Source: Fibrobacteria bacterium
GTDB taxonomy: Bacteria; Fibrobacterota; Fibrobacteria; UBA11236; JADFYW01
DNA: 64,000 nucleotides
Reading direction: 5' to 3'
NCBI GenBank assembly: GCA_050294405.1
Contig: JBNKOC010000016.1
Coordinates: forward strand, 1-64,000
Position numbers and translations under genes: made by a program
The notes under the pieces: model-generated
Database searches by the model: none
What the model saw: the letters and a program-made list of their open reading frames with translations, nothing else
Told to the model about the DNA's origin: nothing
Part shown: in pieces, positions 1-10,407 of the stretch
How positions within the stretch are numbered: the stretch's first letter is position 1
Layout of the letters: the number at the start of each line of letters is the position of its first letter

Positions 1-1
1 A

Positions 2-370
2 GCTGTAACAGGAAATATTTTCGCAGGAAATAAAAAAGAATGTTCAAAGCAAGTGATGATTGCTATAAAACCCCTTTTAATTCAAAAACAAGTGGTAAAG
101 TCTAAACTTCAATCTGCAAAATCAAAAGCGCTAAGAGAAAATAAAGAATACATGAAGCTTAAAAAAGAGCAAAAAATAAAAATGAAAGAGGCTGATGGAG
201 TTGCAACTATTGAATTAAAAGATTTAAGCGAAAAAATTAAATCAGAAAAAAAGAAGGTAAAAGGTTCAGCTAACCTAAAGCAGCTGGAAAAAGAACTTGA
301 GGATATTGAAGCATCGATTGTTACAGCAAAGGCTGATGTTAAAAAGAACGAAGCTAGTTGTAAGGAATAA
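2..370 (+). CDS. Hypothetical Lys/Glu-rich coiled-coil protein, 5'-truncated by the window edge
   Basis: The frame of ORF 53..370 is open back to position 2 (AVTGNIFAGNKKECSKQV...); charged helical sequence. Confidence 0.6.
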   Translation, partial: AVTGNIFAGNKKECSKQVMIAIKPLLIQKQVVKSKLQSAKSKALRENKEYMKLKKEQKIKMKEADGVATIELKDLSEKIKSEKKKVKGSANLKQLEKELEDIEASIVTAKADVKKNEASCKE

Positions 371-439
371 CTTTAGAATGTTGATCCTGTAATTTTTAAA
401 AATGTTATCAATTACAAGCAAAAATAATAGGAGAACGTT

Positions 440-700
440 ATGAAATGTATTTTTGTGGCTATTGGCTTTTTGCTATTCGGAGTCTCACATGTATTTTCTC
501 AGGCTCCTGATTCAATTGCAAACATGTCTGACAGTGCTATTGTCGTTCAAATTGGACAGCATAGAAAGGGTGAATTAAGGAAATTTACCTTTTCTGTTGA
601 TAGCATTCAATTCATTGACACTGCACAAAACTTGAGCGAAATTGAAAAAGAATATTGTCGCAGACGTTTTCGGTTATTTAATCTTGTCGTGGAAGATTGA
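440..700 (+). CDS. Small exported hypothetical protein
   Basis: AGGAGA RBS upstream; N-terminal signal peptide (MKCIFVAIGFLLFGVSHVFS-Q); ends 7 nt before the next gene. Confidence 0.65.
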   Translation: MKCIFVAIGFLLFGVSHVFSQAPDSIANMSDSAIVVQIGQHRKGELRKFTFSVDSIQFIDTAQNLSEIEKEYCRRRFRLFNLVVED

Positions 701-707
701 GGTTTAA

Positions 708-3700
708 GTGCGTAAAAAACTCATAGCTATTTACTGTGTCATTTTGATTTTTGCCCCAAACTTATTTTCTTTTGGAGGGAGTTCGGGTGGCGAAGGTTCT
801 TACCCGTTAGAATACGGTTCTGATGCATTAAGAAGTAAAACCATTGCTGATAACTACTATCAGGTTCAGAGTGGTGCCGGAGAAGTTGCCAGTAGTGTAA
901 ATTTATTTACAAGGACACCCGTTTATTCTGTTCCTCTAGGAGGTATATCACTTCATGGCCAAGTAGGATATCAAATTACCTTAGGGTATTCTGGAAATAC
1001 AATTGGCTCAATTAATTCAGATAATGAAAAAGCCCCGTCAGGAGAAATTGGCCTAGGCTGGGGATTTTCTACCCCTTTTGTTGCTTTAAACCATAAAGGC
1101 ACGAAGACATACTTAGATGATGAGGTCTTTGTTAACTTGGGGCCCTTTGGGGGAGGCCAACTCTTAGATAAAGGTGATGGAACCTTTTTTGTTGCTACGA
1201 ATCCTTATATAGAGATTGATACACTCATGGCTGCAGGTGGTTCTCCACTGGAAGGTCAAATTGAAGAATGGGTGTTTACTTTTCCAAATGGTCAACGCAT
1301 GATTTTTGGTAACCAAGATGGTGCTGTTGGCAATTCAGAGCGAATAGTTTACGCAAAAGGCCCAATATTGCAAGTAGATGGAAACACTCTACCTTCAGCA
1401 TATCCTTTTATTTACAAATGGGATTTAACTATTTATGAAGATAACAAAGGACCAAATGGCTCGGGGCCTAATCAGATATTTTTCGAATATGAGAAAAGTG
1501 AAGAAGAAATTGTCAGTTCCTCTTCCAAGTGGTATACACGTGAATCCCATGTTAAGGAAATAAAAACAGTAGATGCATATGGAAATGAAATTCAAAAATG
1601 CCAATTTTTCTATGAAACGTTAAATCCGATGTTTTACAAAGGTTTTGAAACCAATGAACCTAGGCACACACAAAAACTTTTTGAAACAATGTACCTTGAC
1701 TCAGTTTTGTTTATCAGCGAAGGTATAAAATTAAAAGAGTATAAGTTGAAACATACTACGGTGGCCAGCCGTTCATATAATGAAACTTCTGAACCTGCCT
1801 TACCAAATGGAGTGAAAAGGCTTTTAGAATCTATAGAGATTAAAGTGCCTCATAAGGGTATAACTATAACTCAGGGAAGTTACCAGTTTGAATATGACGA
1901 AGAACGTGAATGGATGTTAACTGATATAACTACTCCTGAAGGGTCCGGTATGCAATTCACCTATAAAGATGGTGACGCAGTTGAACAACAAGCCGAGTAT
2001 ATCTTAAAAAATGAACATGGCCTAGAGTTACCTCTTCCTGGCAATTTATTGGATTGGGAAATTTCCACTTCCTGTAACCAAAGGTTTTGTTTTTTGACAG
2101 CAACACTTTCTACTAATGGCGTGACACATGTTGAGGTTTATTATAATACAGGGAACCATTTTGATACAGGGCCTATTTTCAGGAAGAGTTTTATACCAAG
2201 GGTGGGAACCGGAATGGAGTGTCCTGAAAAAATTAGTGTTATCCCTCAAAGTGATTATTTTATGGTTGTTGAGGCTAATGCGCATATTGTAACCATCTAT
2301 ACATGGAATGGGATGGACTTTGTTCCATCGACTCCAGTGGACTACTTTGGTTCATCCGTCCAGTACCTCCAAAAGAGCACTTGTGCCGAAATATTTACGG
2401 ACCCAAATTCTCCGTGGTATCAGGCAGCAAGTTCTGACTATGAATCCGTTTGGAGGGAGCTTAGGATAAATGTTTTCCCAAGTGATAATTTTTTTCTGGT
2501 ACGAAAAGACTGGAGTTCTGGCACAGCAACAAGTGAAGTCGATATTTATTTAAAGAAAAGTAGTTCTGAATGGGAATTATTAGTTAATCCTTCATCAAGT
2601 TGTGTAGTTGAAGCTCCAAATCTGAATGAAAATGTCAAATCCCCAGGGATGGGCTGCCTTGAATTTAATGCAAATGTTGGTCTGGATCCCGAACAAAATG
2701 GACTTCACATTTCAACATTAGGCCCCATGTTTAGTTTAGCACATAGTGAAACCGGTATCGTGTACACATATTACTTGAATGAAAGCAGAACAGGTTTTAT
2801 TGATTTATCCAATAGCTTTGAGGACCATAGTTCTGCAGGTTCTCCGCCAATACATGATGCAACCTATCATAATAACTTTTCTGGAAAAATCAGAACTCCG
2901 GTTCAATTAAGTTCTGATTATTTCATTGTTAAAATTACTGGGGAAGTTGGCTCTGCGTACGAAAATATGTCTAGGTGGATGACTTACCATTATAATGGCG
3001 ATGGCATAAAATTTACCGGTATTTATGACTATGAAGCAGATCCCCTTTCTTCTCTTGGGCAAAGGCAGATGAAAATATGGCCAAGTGGAAACCATTTTAT
3101 AACATCAAATTTAACTAATGGCATAACAAAATATGTTAAAATTTGGCGTAAACAAGCATCTGGGAACTCTTTTGTGTTTCAGAATTATGACCTGTTGTCA
3201 GGTGATACTTACCTGAGCGACACGCGAGGAGTTGTTGTTAAGTCGAACGCATCCGCAGTTTTTGTTAATGTGCATGAACTTTCTGATGGACCAAGAAGAC
3301 CAGTTACTTACACTGTGGGATCAACTGAAAATTATATGACCTTTTTATGGCATATTAGCCCGTCAATTCCACAACCTACCTTGGTGCCAGATTCCAGAAT
3401 ACAAGATGAAAATAATCATAAAATGATGGATGTTACGCTTTCTCCTGTTGATAACGTTATTTTATTGAAATTCGGGCGAAAAGGTGGAACTACCTCAGAT
3501 ATTTGTGTACCTGGAGTATCGTGTGTGTATACTTGGTACTCTAATGTTATTCGACCTTTGGACCCAACTTCAAATTATGTTTCAGAGAATTCAGAATTTA
3601 TTCCTTCATTTACTACTACAATTGGATATTATGATAAACATAATGTTAACTCATCTGTAAACAGGTTGTTTTCCTGGGCAATTCTTAACTCTGCCGATAG

Positions 3701-5399
3701 CAAAGTATATTTACGACTTTTAAGTCTGTTTGGTAACTCATATAAGTTTTATATCCGACAATCAGTAGTTGATGAGGTTATTACAAAAAGCGGACTACCT
3801 GGAGACAGAGTTTCAATTGATAATATCCTTGCAAGTGCGGTGGCAGAAAGGGTGTATAACAATCAAAATTTTACATATCAATTTGAGGGGACTGCTGTAA
3901 AACCTCTAAATAGTGGAAGAATAGAATATACTTTTAATCTTGATGCACCTGGAAATAGGTTGCTTTCAAATGAATTTCAAAAAAATGGTCTGATATCAAA
4001 AGTAAAAGCTTACGATGCCGGTTTTCACAAATTGTCCGAAACATCTACAAGTTATTTAGCACCTCATAATAATTTGGCTTGGCCAAAGAATTTATTTGTA
4101 ACAAGGGTTGCAAGTCAAAGTAGCGAAATGATTTCTCCCCATGGCGGAGTTATATTTTCCCAATCTTCTATTCCCTTATATAATGATGCCAATGGCTCTG
4201 CTAGACTACAAATGCAGCAGGTTGACGGGAGTAATTATATTTTGAGTCAAAATATTTATAATGGAACTCGTCCTATACAGGCAATTGGTTACGAAGGTTC
4301 CGAGACAGAAATTTTAAGTGCTATATCTGGATATACAGATGAAAATTCAAATGGTGTATACCCAATTCCAGGTCTGGAAGGAATTTCAAGTACTAAATTG
4401 GAATATGATGTTCTTTTCCCCTATTTATCTAGTGGAAATTATGTATGGAGGGATAAAGGAACAAGTCCAACAAACACTGGACAACCCCTATCAGACCAGG
4501 AGTTACGAGATGGTGTGGAACCAAAATATGATTTGACCCAGGGGTATGTGAAGACATCAGAGGTTACAAGAAGGAATAACTTCTACCAAGTAGTTGAATC
4601 TGCTGAAATAGTTTCGTCTTCGGAAAAAAGATACACTTCCCTAATATATAATGGCATTTCATCTGAACCTGCTGCGATATTTTCAAATTGTAAATTGGAC
4701 AATTGTGCAGCGATGCTTGGCGAAAATGGTGAAATAGGAAGTGGACTAACAACTCTTGATTTGCCAACATCTTTGGTGGATATGCCAAGTATAGGGGACA
4801 GCCCTAGGTGGGAAAAGGCAGGTGCCGTGTTTGATAATTTGTACGCACACACTGGCGACTACTCTTTAAAGGTCATAGATAACTTTGGCCCCACCATTAA
4901 CTTATTCCTTAAAAATGTGCGTCAAAAAAAATTCGGGTATGTTGTATCAGCTTGGATATACGCTCCGAGTGGAAGTTCACCTGTCATGGGAATTAACTTA
5001 AGACGTGAAGATGGTACGCTGGTTGCTGATTCTCTAGGTACTCCTGTTGGTGGAGTTATACAGTATAATCAGTGGCAACGGTGGGAATCAAGAATTACTC
5101 ATGAAGATTTAATTGCTAATGGGTTATTCAACACGGATAATGACTATCTGAGAATTTTTGTGGGCTCACCCTATTCTGGAGGGACTGTTTATGTGGACGA
5201 TATTGTTTGCCATCCAGACAACGCCACTTTTGGGCTAACCACTTATGATAAGAGAGGACTAGTCACAAGTCAAACAGGTACCAATCATTTAACGCAATAC
5301 TCAGAGTTTGATTATACGGGAATGCCTATTGGTTCCCGAAATGAAAGTTTTGAAATCATTTCTCAAACGGGTTACAACCGGGTAGGAGAAAATGAATGA
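708..5399 (+). CDS. Large secreted YD/RHS-shell protein (TcB/SpvB-like N-terminus, beta-rich middle, C-terminal CBM4/9-like domain and YD tail)
   Basis: Signal peptide; SpvB-like EIGLGWGF motif; LTDITTPEGSGMQFTY YD-type segment; AHTGDYSLKV...YVVSAWI...VYVDDI galactose-binding-like fold; tail TTYDKRGLVTSQT...YSEFDYTG typical of genes preceding DUF6443 RHS proteins. Confidence 0.75.
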   Translation: MRKKLIAIYCVILIFAPNLFSFGGSSGGEGSYPLEYGSDALRSKTIADNYYQVQSGAGEVASSVNLFTRTPVYSVPLGGISLHGQVGYQITLGYSGNTIGSINSDNEKAPSGEIGLGWGFSTPFVALNHKGTKTYLDDEVFVNLGPFGGGQLLDKGDGTFFVATNPYIEIDTLMAAGGSPLEGQIEEWVFTFPNGQRMIFGNQDGAVGNSERIVYAKGPILQVDGNTLPSAYPFIYKWDLTIYEDNKGPNGSGPNQIFFEYEKSEEEIVSSSSKWYTRESHVKEIKTVDAYGNEIQKCQFFYETLNPMFYKGFETNEPRHTQKLFETMYLDSVLFISEGIKLKEYKLKHTTVASRSYNETSEPALPNGVKRLLESIEIKVPHKGITITQGSYQFEYDEEREWMLTDITTPEGSGMQFTYKDGDAVEQQAEYILKNEHGLELPLPGNLLDWEISTSCNQRFCFLTATLSTNGVTHVEVYYNTGNHFDTGPIFRKSFIPRVGTGMECPEKISVIPQSDYFMVVEANAHIVTIYTWNGMDFVPSTPVDYFGSSVQYLQKSTCAEIFTDPNSPWYQAASSDYESVWRELRINVFPSDNFFLVRKDWSSGTATSEVDIYLKKSSSEWELLVNPSSSCVVEAPNLNENVKSPGMGCLEFNANVGLDPEQNGLHISTLGPMFSLAHSETGIVYTYYLNESRTGFIDLSNSFEDHSSAGSPPIHDATYHNNFSGKIRTPVQLSSDYFIVKITGEVGSAYENMSRWMTYHYNGDGIKFTGIYDYEADPLSSLGQRQMKIWPSGNHFITSNLTNGITKYVKIWRKQASGNSFVFQNYDLLSGDTYLSDTRGVVVKSNASAVFVNVHELSDGPRRPVTYTVGSTENYMTFLWHISPSIPQPTLVPDSRIQDENNHKMMDVTLSPVDNVILLKFGRKGGTTSDICVPGVSCVYTWYSNVIRPLDPTSNYVSENSEFIPSFTTTIGYYDKHNVNSSVNRLFSWAILNSADSKVYLRLLSLFGNSYKFYIRQSVVDEVITKSGLPGDRVSIDNILASAVAERVYNNQNFTYQFEGTAVKPLNSGRIEYTFNLDAPGNRLLSNEFQKNGLISKVKAYDAGFHKLSETSTSYLAPHNNLAWPKNLFVTRVASQSSEMISPHGGVIFSQSSIPLYNDANGSARLQMQQVDGSNYILSQNIYNGTRPIQAIGYEGSETEILSAISGYTDENSNGVYPIPGLEGISSTKLEYDVLFPYLSSGNYVWRDKGTSPTNTGQPLSDQELRDGVEPKYDLTQGYVKTSEVTRRNNFYQVVESAEIVSSSEKRYTSLIYNGISSEPAAIFSNCKLDNCAAMLGENGEIGSGLTTLDLPTSLVDMPSIGDSPRWEKAGAVFDNLYAHTGDYSLKVIDNFGPTINLFLKNVRQKKFGYVVSAWIYAPSGSSPVMGINLRREDGTLVADSLGTPVGGVIQYNQWQRWESRITHEDLIANGLFNTDNDYLRIFVGSPYSGGTVYVDDIVCHPDNATFGLTTYDKRGLVTSQTGTNHLTQYSEFDYTGMPIGSRNESFEIISQTGYNRVGENE

Positions 5400-8300
5400 T
5401 GAAAACATTTATGAAAATTTTATTGTCTCTAGTAGCCTTTTGTAATTTTGCATTTTCCTCGTATCATTCCAGAAATTATTCATGGTTTTTTGAGTACGGA
5501 AACTTTATTTCCAATTGGAGTTTTGAAAACAGATCTCATGAATGGGAAAATATTCCAGGACTATCTGAAAGCCGTTTTGATCCAAATTTGGCAGGGTTTG
5601 CTGCTGTTAATGGACGTTTTGTCGCAAGGGTGGTAGGAGATAACTCAACCGGTTCCTCCAATCTTAATCTTATGTATAGCGATTTGATTCCATTAAAAAG
5701 TGGGACGACCTATACACTTTCGTTTTACTTTAGAGCTGATGGAATTGTAAACTCAATTATTCCTGCTATAAATCTCAATAATAGCCTAGATGAAAGTTCA
5801 GCTGAAAATCAATATGTTGGGTCTACGACGTATCAAAATACTTCTAGTTGGACATTGTATCGAATGGTTTTCGCTTCTGCATCAGATGAAATCTATGCTA
5901 GACTTTACTTGTACAATGCACTAGTTGGTGCATCAGGTACTGTTTATTTTGACGATGTTATTCTTGAGGAAGGAGATATCAGTGAGTCAGAAATTATAGA
6001 AAGACGCAAAAGAATTGTGAGTTCTGTTTCATTTGCCGATAAAGTTGGCCGGACTCACCAAACGCAGTTAAAATTAAACTTAGGAACATTAGGGGGGACA
6101 ACCAAATATAGAACTCAGAGCACTGAGTTTGATGCATCCTCAAGACCCTATCTTTCTACTTTGCCCTATGTTTCAAATGTCAGCACTCCTCAATTCTTGG
6201 ATAATGGCAGCACGCTTGCCAATCAGTATTATGTGGGCGGAGAAAATCCTGATGCCCGTGATTCAGCCTTTTCTGAAGTTTTATACGCCAATGAGCCATC
6301 CGCAAGGGTTCTTGAAACGGGAAGCTATGGAGGACCTTGGTCATTAACTTCTGAAAGGCCCTCAGAATATAGATATTTTTATGTTGATGATTTAAGTATT
6401 CCCCTAGATATTGAAAACCCAGTGGTATCTGCCAGTGATGGTGCTTATCGTTTGGATTGGAGTCTTGACCCTGAACAGAACTATTCTTTGTCTTGGACAA
6501 ATAAAAGAGGGGAAATGGTCCAAACAGCTTATAATATTGGTCCTGTATCCAATCCCACTCAAATAGCAAACTGGCAGCGAACTAGGTATGAATTTTTTAA
6601 GACAGGCCAATTAAAAAGACTGCTTACGCCAATAGATGTAGATGAAAGTGGAAGTGACTATAGAGAAGTTTCTAATTTCAATGCTCAGGGGTTAATGGTC
6701 AGTATGTATCAGGTTGACCGGGGGCTTTTAAAGAATTATTACAATGTAAGGGGGCAAGTGCGTTTTACACAAAATGAAGAACAACGCGTAATGGATGAGT
6801 TCACCTATTTCGATTATGATTTTAAGGGCAGGTTAGTCTCTGTAGGAACGCAGCAGCTTACACCTTCCCAACAAGCAAATATACAGGATTTGGCAGATAA
6901 TAATAAAGAAGGAACCGTGGGCCAAGGAAACAAAGTGGAAAGAAAAGGGTTTATTTATGATAGGATAAAAGAATTTGAGGAAAGAACGGGAATTGTTATT
7001 GGTAATATTATTCCAGGTGTTACCTTTGAGGATGGAAATGGCCGTCTTTTAGCCCAGTATCATACTAACGCTGATGTTGATTATACAGAGTTAACTAATG
7101 CAGAAAAAATTGTGGCCGACTTTTTTAAGTATGACATTAGGGAAAGAGTTACTGAGCAATATAAATATATTGGTGCCATTCATGATGCTTCTAAGCAAAT
7201 CCAAAAAATAACTTACAACTATGATGTGGCAAACCGGTTACTATCCTCTTCCCTTTTTGAATCACCCGGGGCTACGACTCCAATTCATGAGCAATTTTAT
7301 AAATACGATGATTTGGGCCGTATTGCTAAGGTTACAGGGATGAACAATAAACCAATTGCTAGTTATATATATTACGATCGTGGTCCCTTAAAATCCGTTC
7401 AGTTAGGAGGAAATAGCGGCGGTACTTCCGGAATTTTAATTGAGTATATTTATCATATCCAGGGATGGATTCAAGAAATTAAGGCAACAAAGGTTGGAAC
7501 AGGAGACCTTGTTTTTCAGCAAATGCTAGGCTATGAAGCTAAAGCGCTAGCTGATGCTAGTGTACCCGACTTGTTTCAAGCTAGGTACACCGGAATAATA
7601 ACGCAAAATTTGTATAAATTGGCAAACAGTGAGTACCCTTTGCGCTTGTATAATTATCGCTACGACGAGCTTGGACGTATGTTGGAAGCAAACTACCAAA
7701 AGGATAGTCAAAGTACCCCCTCCAACACTAACCAACCTATCACAGCTCCTGTAACCCTTTTAGATGTGACAGATCAAGACAGTCATTTGGAGTACGATTT
7801 AAATGGCCGAATTGAAAAAAAACGTTCTGGTGGGGTCACAGCCGCAAATGGTGCTGTTTACAATTACCTTGCGGGTTCATATAAGTTGGATAATATTTCA
7901 GGTCAATTGGCCCCCGATATGGAAAGAGATTTATCAAATTCCATGAATTTTGATTACGATTCCAGGGGAGCTATGGTTGAGGACAAATCTCAAAACCTCA
8001 AAATTGATTATGGCTGGGACGTAATGCCTGTAAAATTTAGTATTGATTTAGAAAGCCCTGAAAAAAGAAGAATTATCCAATATCATATTTGTGATGCGAA
8101 TGGACAGCGAGTGTCTAGAGTTACCTTGGCCAACAAAGCCACAGGAATAGAAGAATCGATAATTGGGATAGCGGAAACGGGTGAGCCCGATATTTACGAC
8201 TATTCAAATTTAACTTTTGCATTTGCTGAAATTCAGCAAAAAATCGATTTACTTGATGAAAGTGAAGTACCTTTTTCTATAAAAATGTATGTTATACCTA

Positions 8301-9811
8301 TGCAAGGCAGTGATTTAGTTGAACCAGCCGATGGAGAGTTGGTTCCCATGTTGAAAGGTACAACCGATATTCCAGTGGAGATTATTGGAGTGATAAAAGG
8401 AAGTTCCGAGTATCAGGCTTTACTAGATGCAAAAACTAATAACTTAGTTGTGAGCACAACCCATTATTTTGGTGATGAAAGAGAAGTGCATGAATTTTAC
8501 GATGAATCTGGAGCTTTTATTAATGATGTTTCCATAACAGGGTTGTTTGGAAGAAACGTGAAAGTTGGAAGAATTTTGAGTTCAGGTGATTACGAATTTT
8601 ATGTTAAAAATACTATTGGTTCAACTGTTAAGCTTGTAGATGTTGCTGGAAATACAACTACCAAAGATGCGTACGATTATCTAAGTTATGGTGAGCTGAA
8701 ATATGTTAGTGACAATGCTGATGAAGTAGAGGTTACGGAAAAGTTTACTGGCAAGGAATTGGAGAAATACTTCTCAGCATACTATTTTGGGGCTAGATTC
8801 TATGACCCTGAACTGGGGACTTGGCTAAATTTGGATCCAGCTGCTCAGTTCTTTAATCCATATGGCTATGGTGGTGACCCGATTAATTTTGTTGACCCGG
8901 ACGGAAGGGAGGTTTGGAGCATTTTTAGACCAAGTAAATGGGAGAGATTTGGTAGGCATTCTAAGACATGGGCGAGGGACCATGCTATTGACGATGCTCA
9001 AACAGTTCTTGGAACCGCCGCTATTAATACTCTTGGGTTAGGTGCTTGTTATTTTTCAAAGGGAACAGTTTGTGCCGTTGGGTATTATGATGGGAGGAAG
9101 GATGAGGCTCATATAATCGGCGGTGGTCATTTGGGTGGATTTAATGGATACGGTTACTATTTGAATATATCGGGCGATGGGGCAAAGGGTTTTGGAGGTG
9201 TTGGTGGTTTGACAGGACAAGGTACCCTGTATGCTGCTGGTGGCTATTTTAATACAAATACTGGTGACGTAAGTGTTTTTGGTGGCGCAGGTGGAATAGC
9301 TCCATTTTGGGGAGGGGTTGGTGAAATAAGTGGAAACTATAAAACTAAAGAATTTCAGATACGAGGCACCGGTTTAAAAGGTCATATACTAATACCTCCA
9401 TCGACCATATATAGAAACCGTAAGGACGGTTTTGGATTTAGTCTTAATGCTAAAAAGAGAAACCCCAGATGTGGCAGGTGGCATCATGAGCGTAATGAAA
9501 TTGGTGGTAATTATTCTGGCTATATCCCGTCATCCTTAAATGAAGCTCGGGGCATGCCAGAGCTTTGGGCAGAACAACCAGAAGTCGCCAATTCAACACA
9601 TGGTGGTAGAGGGCGGACAGTATTTTTGGGGCTCGGTGAGAACTCTGGAAAACAGATTGTATATAGTGCCCAAGGTAATCTCGTAACTACAGCAGGGGAA
9701 GGTACTTATGATTATTTTCCACCTATTGACGAAAGTGGAAATAAAACATTTTGGAATTCAATTCAGCATACTGTTGTTGATATTTTGCCTTGGGCATATT
9801 GTGGTGATTAA
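5396..9811 (+). CDS. RHS repeat-associated core protein (signal peptide, CBM4/9-like domain, DUF6443-like region, YD repeats, C-terminal toxin domain)
   Basis: YD repeats (YKYDDLGRI, YRYDELGRM, EYDLNGRI); core FTGKELE...YYFGARFYDPELGTWLNLDP...NPYGYGGDPINFVDPDG with DPDG at 8894-8905; ATGA overlap with the upstream gene. Confidence 0.92.
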   Translation: MMKTFMKILLSLVAFCNFAFSSYHSRNYSWFFEYGNFISNWSFENRSHEWENIPGLSESRFDPNLAGFAAVNGRFVARVVGDNSTGSSNLNLMYSDLIPLKSGTTYTLSFYFRADGIVNSIIPAINLNNSLDESSAENQYVGSTTYQNTSSWTLYRMVFASASDEIYARLYLYNALVGASGTVYFDDVILEEGDISESEIIERRKRIVSSVSFADKVGRTHQTQLKLNLGTLGGTTKYRTQSTEFDASSRPYLSTLPYVSNVSTPQFLDNGSTLANQYYVGGENPDARDSAFSEVLYANEPSARVLETGSYGGPWSLTSERPSEYRYFYVDDLSIPLDIENPVVSASDGAYRLDWSLDPEQNYSLSWTNKRGEMVQTAYNIGPVSNPTQIANWQRTRYEFFKTGQLKRLLTPIDVDESGSDYREVSNFNAQGLMVSMYQVDRGLLKNYYNVRGQVRFTQNEEQRVMDEFTYFDYDFKGRLVSVGTQQLTPSQQANIQDLADNNKEGTVGQGNKVERKGFIYDRIKEFEERTGIVIGNIIPGVTFEDGNGRLLAQYHTNADVDYTELTNAEKIVADFFKYDIRERVTEQYKYIGAIHDASKQIQKITYNYDVANRLLSSSLFESPGATTPIHEQFYKYDDLGRIAKVTGMNNKPIASYIYYDRGPLKSVQLGGNSGGTSGILIEYIYHIQGWIQEIKATKVGTGDLVFQQMLGYEAKALADASVPDLFQARYTGIITQNLYKLANSEYPLRLYNYRYDELGRMLEANYQKDSQSTPSNTNQPITAPVTLLDVTDQDSHLEYDLNGRIEKKRSGGVTAANGAVYNYLAGSYKLDNISGQLAPDMERDLSNSMNFDYDSRGAMVEDKSQNLKIDYGWDVMPVKFSIDLESPEKRRIIQYHICDANGQRVSRVTLANKATGIEESIIGIAETGEPDIYDYSNLTFAFAEIQQKIDLLDESEVPFSIKMYVIPMQGSDLVEPADGELVPMLKGTTDIPVEIIGVIKGSSEYQALLDAKTNNLVVSTTHYFGDEREVHEFYDESGAFINDVSITGLFGRNVKVGRILSSGDYEFYVKNTIGSTVKLVDVAGNTTTKDAYDYLSYGELKYVSDNADEVEVTEKFTGKELEKYFSAYYFGARFYDPELGTWLNLDPAAQFFNPYGYGGDPINFVDPDGREVWSIFRPSKWERFGRHSKTWARDHAIDDAQTVLGTAAINTLGLGACYFSKGTVCAVGYYDGRKDEAHIIGGGHLGGFNGYGYYLNISGDGAKGFGGVGGLTGQGTLYAAGGYFNTNTGDVSVFGGAGGIAPFWGGVGEISGNYKTKEFQIRGTGLKGHILIPPSTIYRNRKDGFGFSLNAKKRNPRCGRWHHERNEIGGNYSGYIPSSLNEARGMPELWAEQPEVANSTHGGRGRTVFLGLGENSGKQIVYSAQGNLVTTAGEGTYDYFPPIDESGNKTFWNSIQHTVVDILPWAYCGD

Positions 9812-10372
9812 ATGTTTGTAAAAATTAGGTTGCTCATTGTATTGGGTCTGTGCTTCGTTGTAGCACCACATGCTAATAACACAATGAGAGATAAGGCAAA
9901 TAAGTTATTGGAAAACCGGGAAGAGTTGTTTTATACACTGTCATCTGGATTTTCTAGATATAAAGGCTGGCTTTTCATTGGTATGAATTTGCATAAAAAC
10001 TATCTTGGTTTAGGTGTTACAAACCTTAGTTTTAACTATAACACAAAAAATAAAAACTATTTTTTGATAGAACCAGGTTTAAGCTTTCAGCGAAATCTCC
10101 TTTTAAAAAATTCACCTTTTATTGCGATGAATATTTCCTTTCCCATTTTCAATGGTTACTTTGATGGTAACACTGATGATTTTGATGGGATAATCATAAC
10201 AAAAAAAGGACTAAATATGCCAACAATGAGTGTTGCACTTGGGTATGAATTTAAGGTTGATATGTATTTAATTGGTTTAGAGATTTCGGAAAAACAAAAA
10301 ATGAATGAAGTAAATAAATTTTCAAAAAATATTCAACTAGGAGTTTCTTTATCAGTTCCAATTGGTGGTTAA
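9812..10372 (+). CDS. Exported protein with amphipathic beta-strands (small OM barrel-like); candidate immunity protein
   Basis: Starts immediately after the RHS stop; signal peptide; alternating beta-strands such as SVALGYEF and IQLGVSLSVPI; very AT-rich. Confidence 0.55.
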   Translation: MFVKIRLLIVLGLCFVVAPHANNTMRDKANKLLENREELFYTLSSGFSRYKGWLFIGMNLHKNYLGLGVTNLSFNYNTKNKNYFLIEPGLSFQRNLLLKNSPFIAMNISFPIFNGYFDGNTDDFDGIIITKKGLNMPTMSVALGYEFKVDMYLIGLEISEKQKMNEVNKFSKNIQLGVSLSVPIGG

Positions 10373-10407
10373 AATAACCTGGAACATAAAATACTGGTTA
10401 TTAAATT

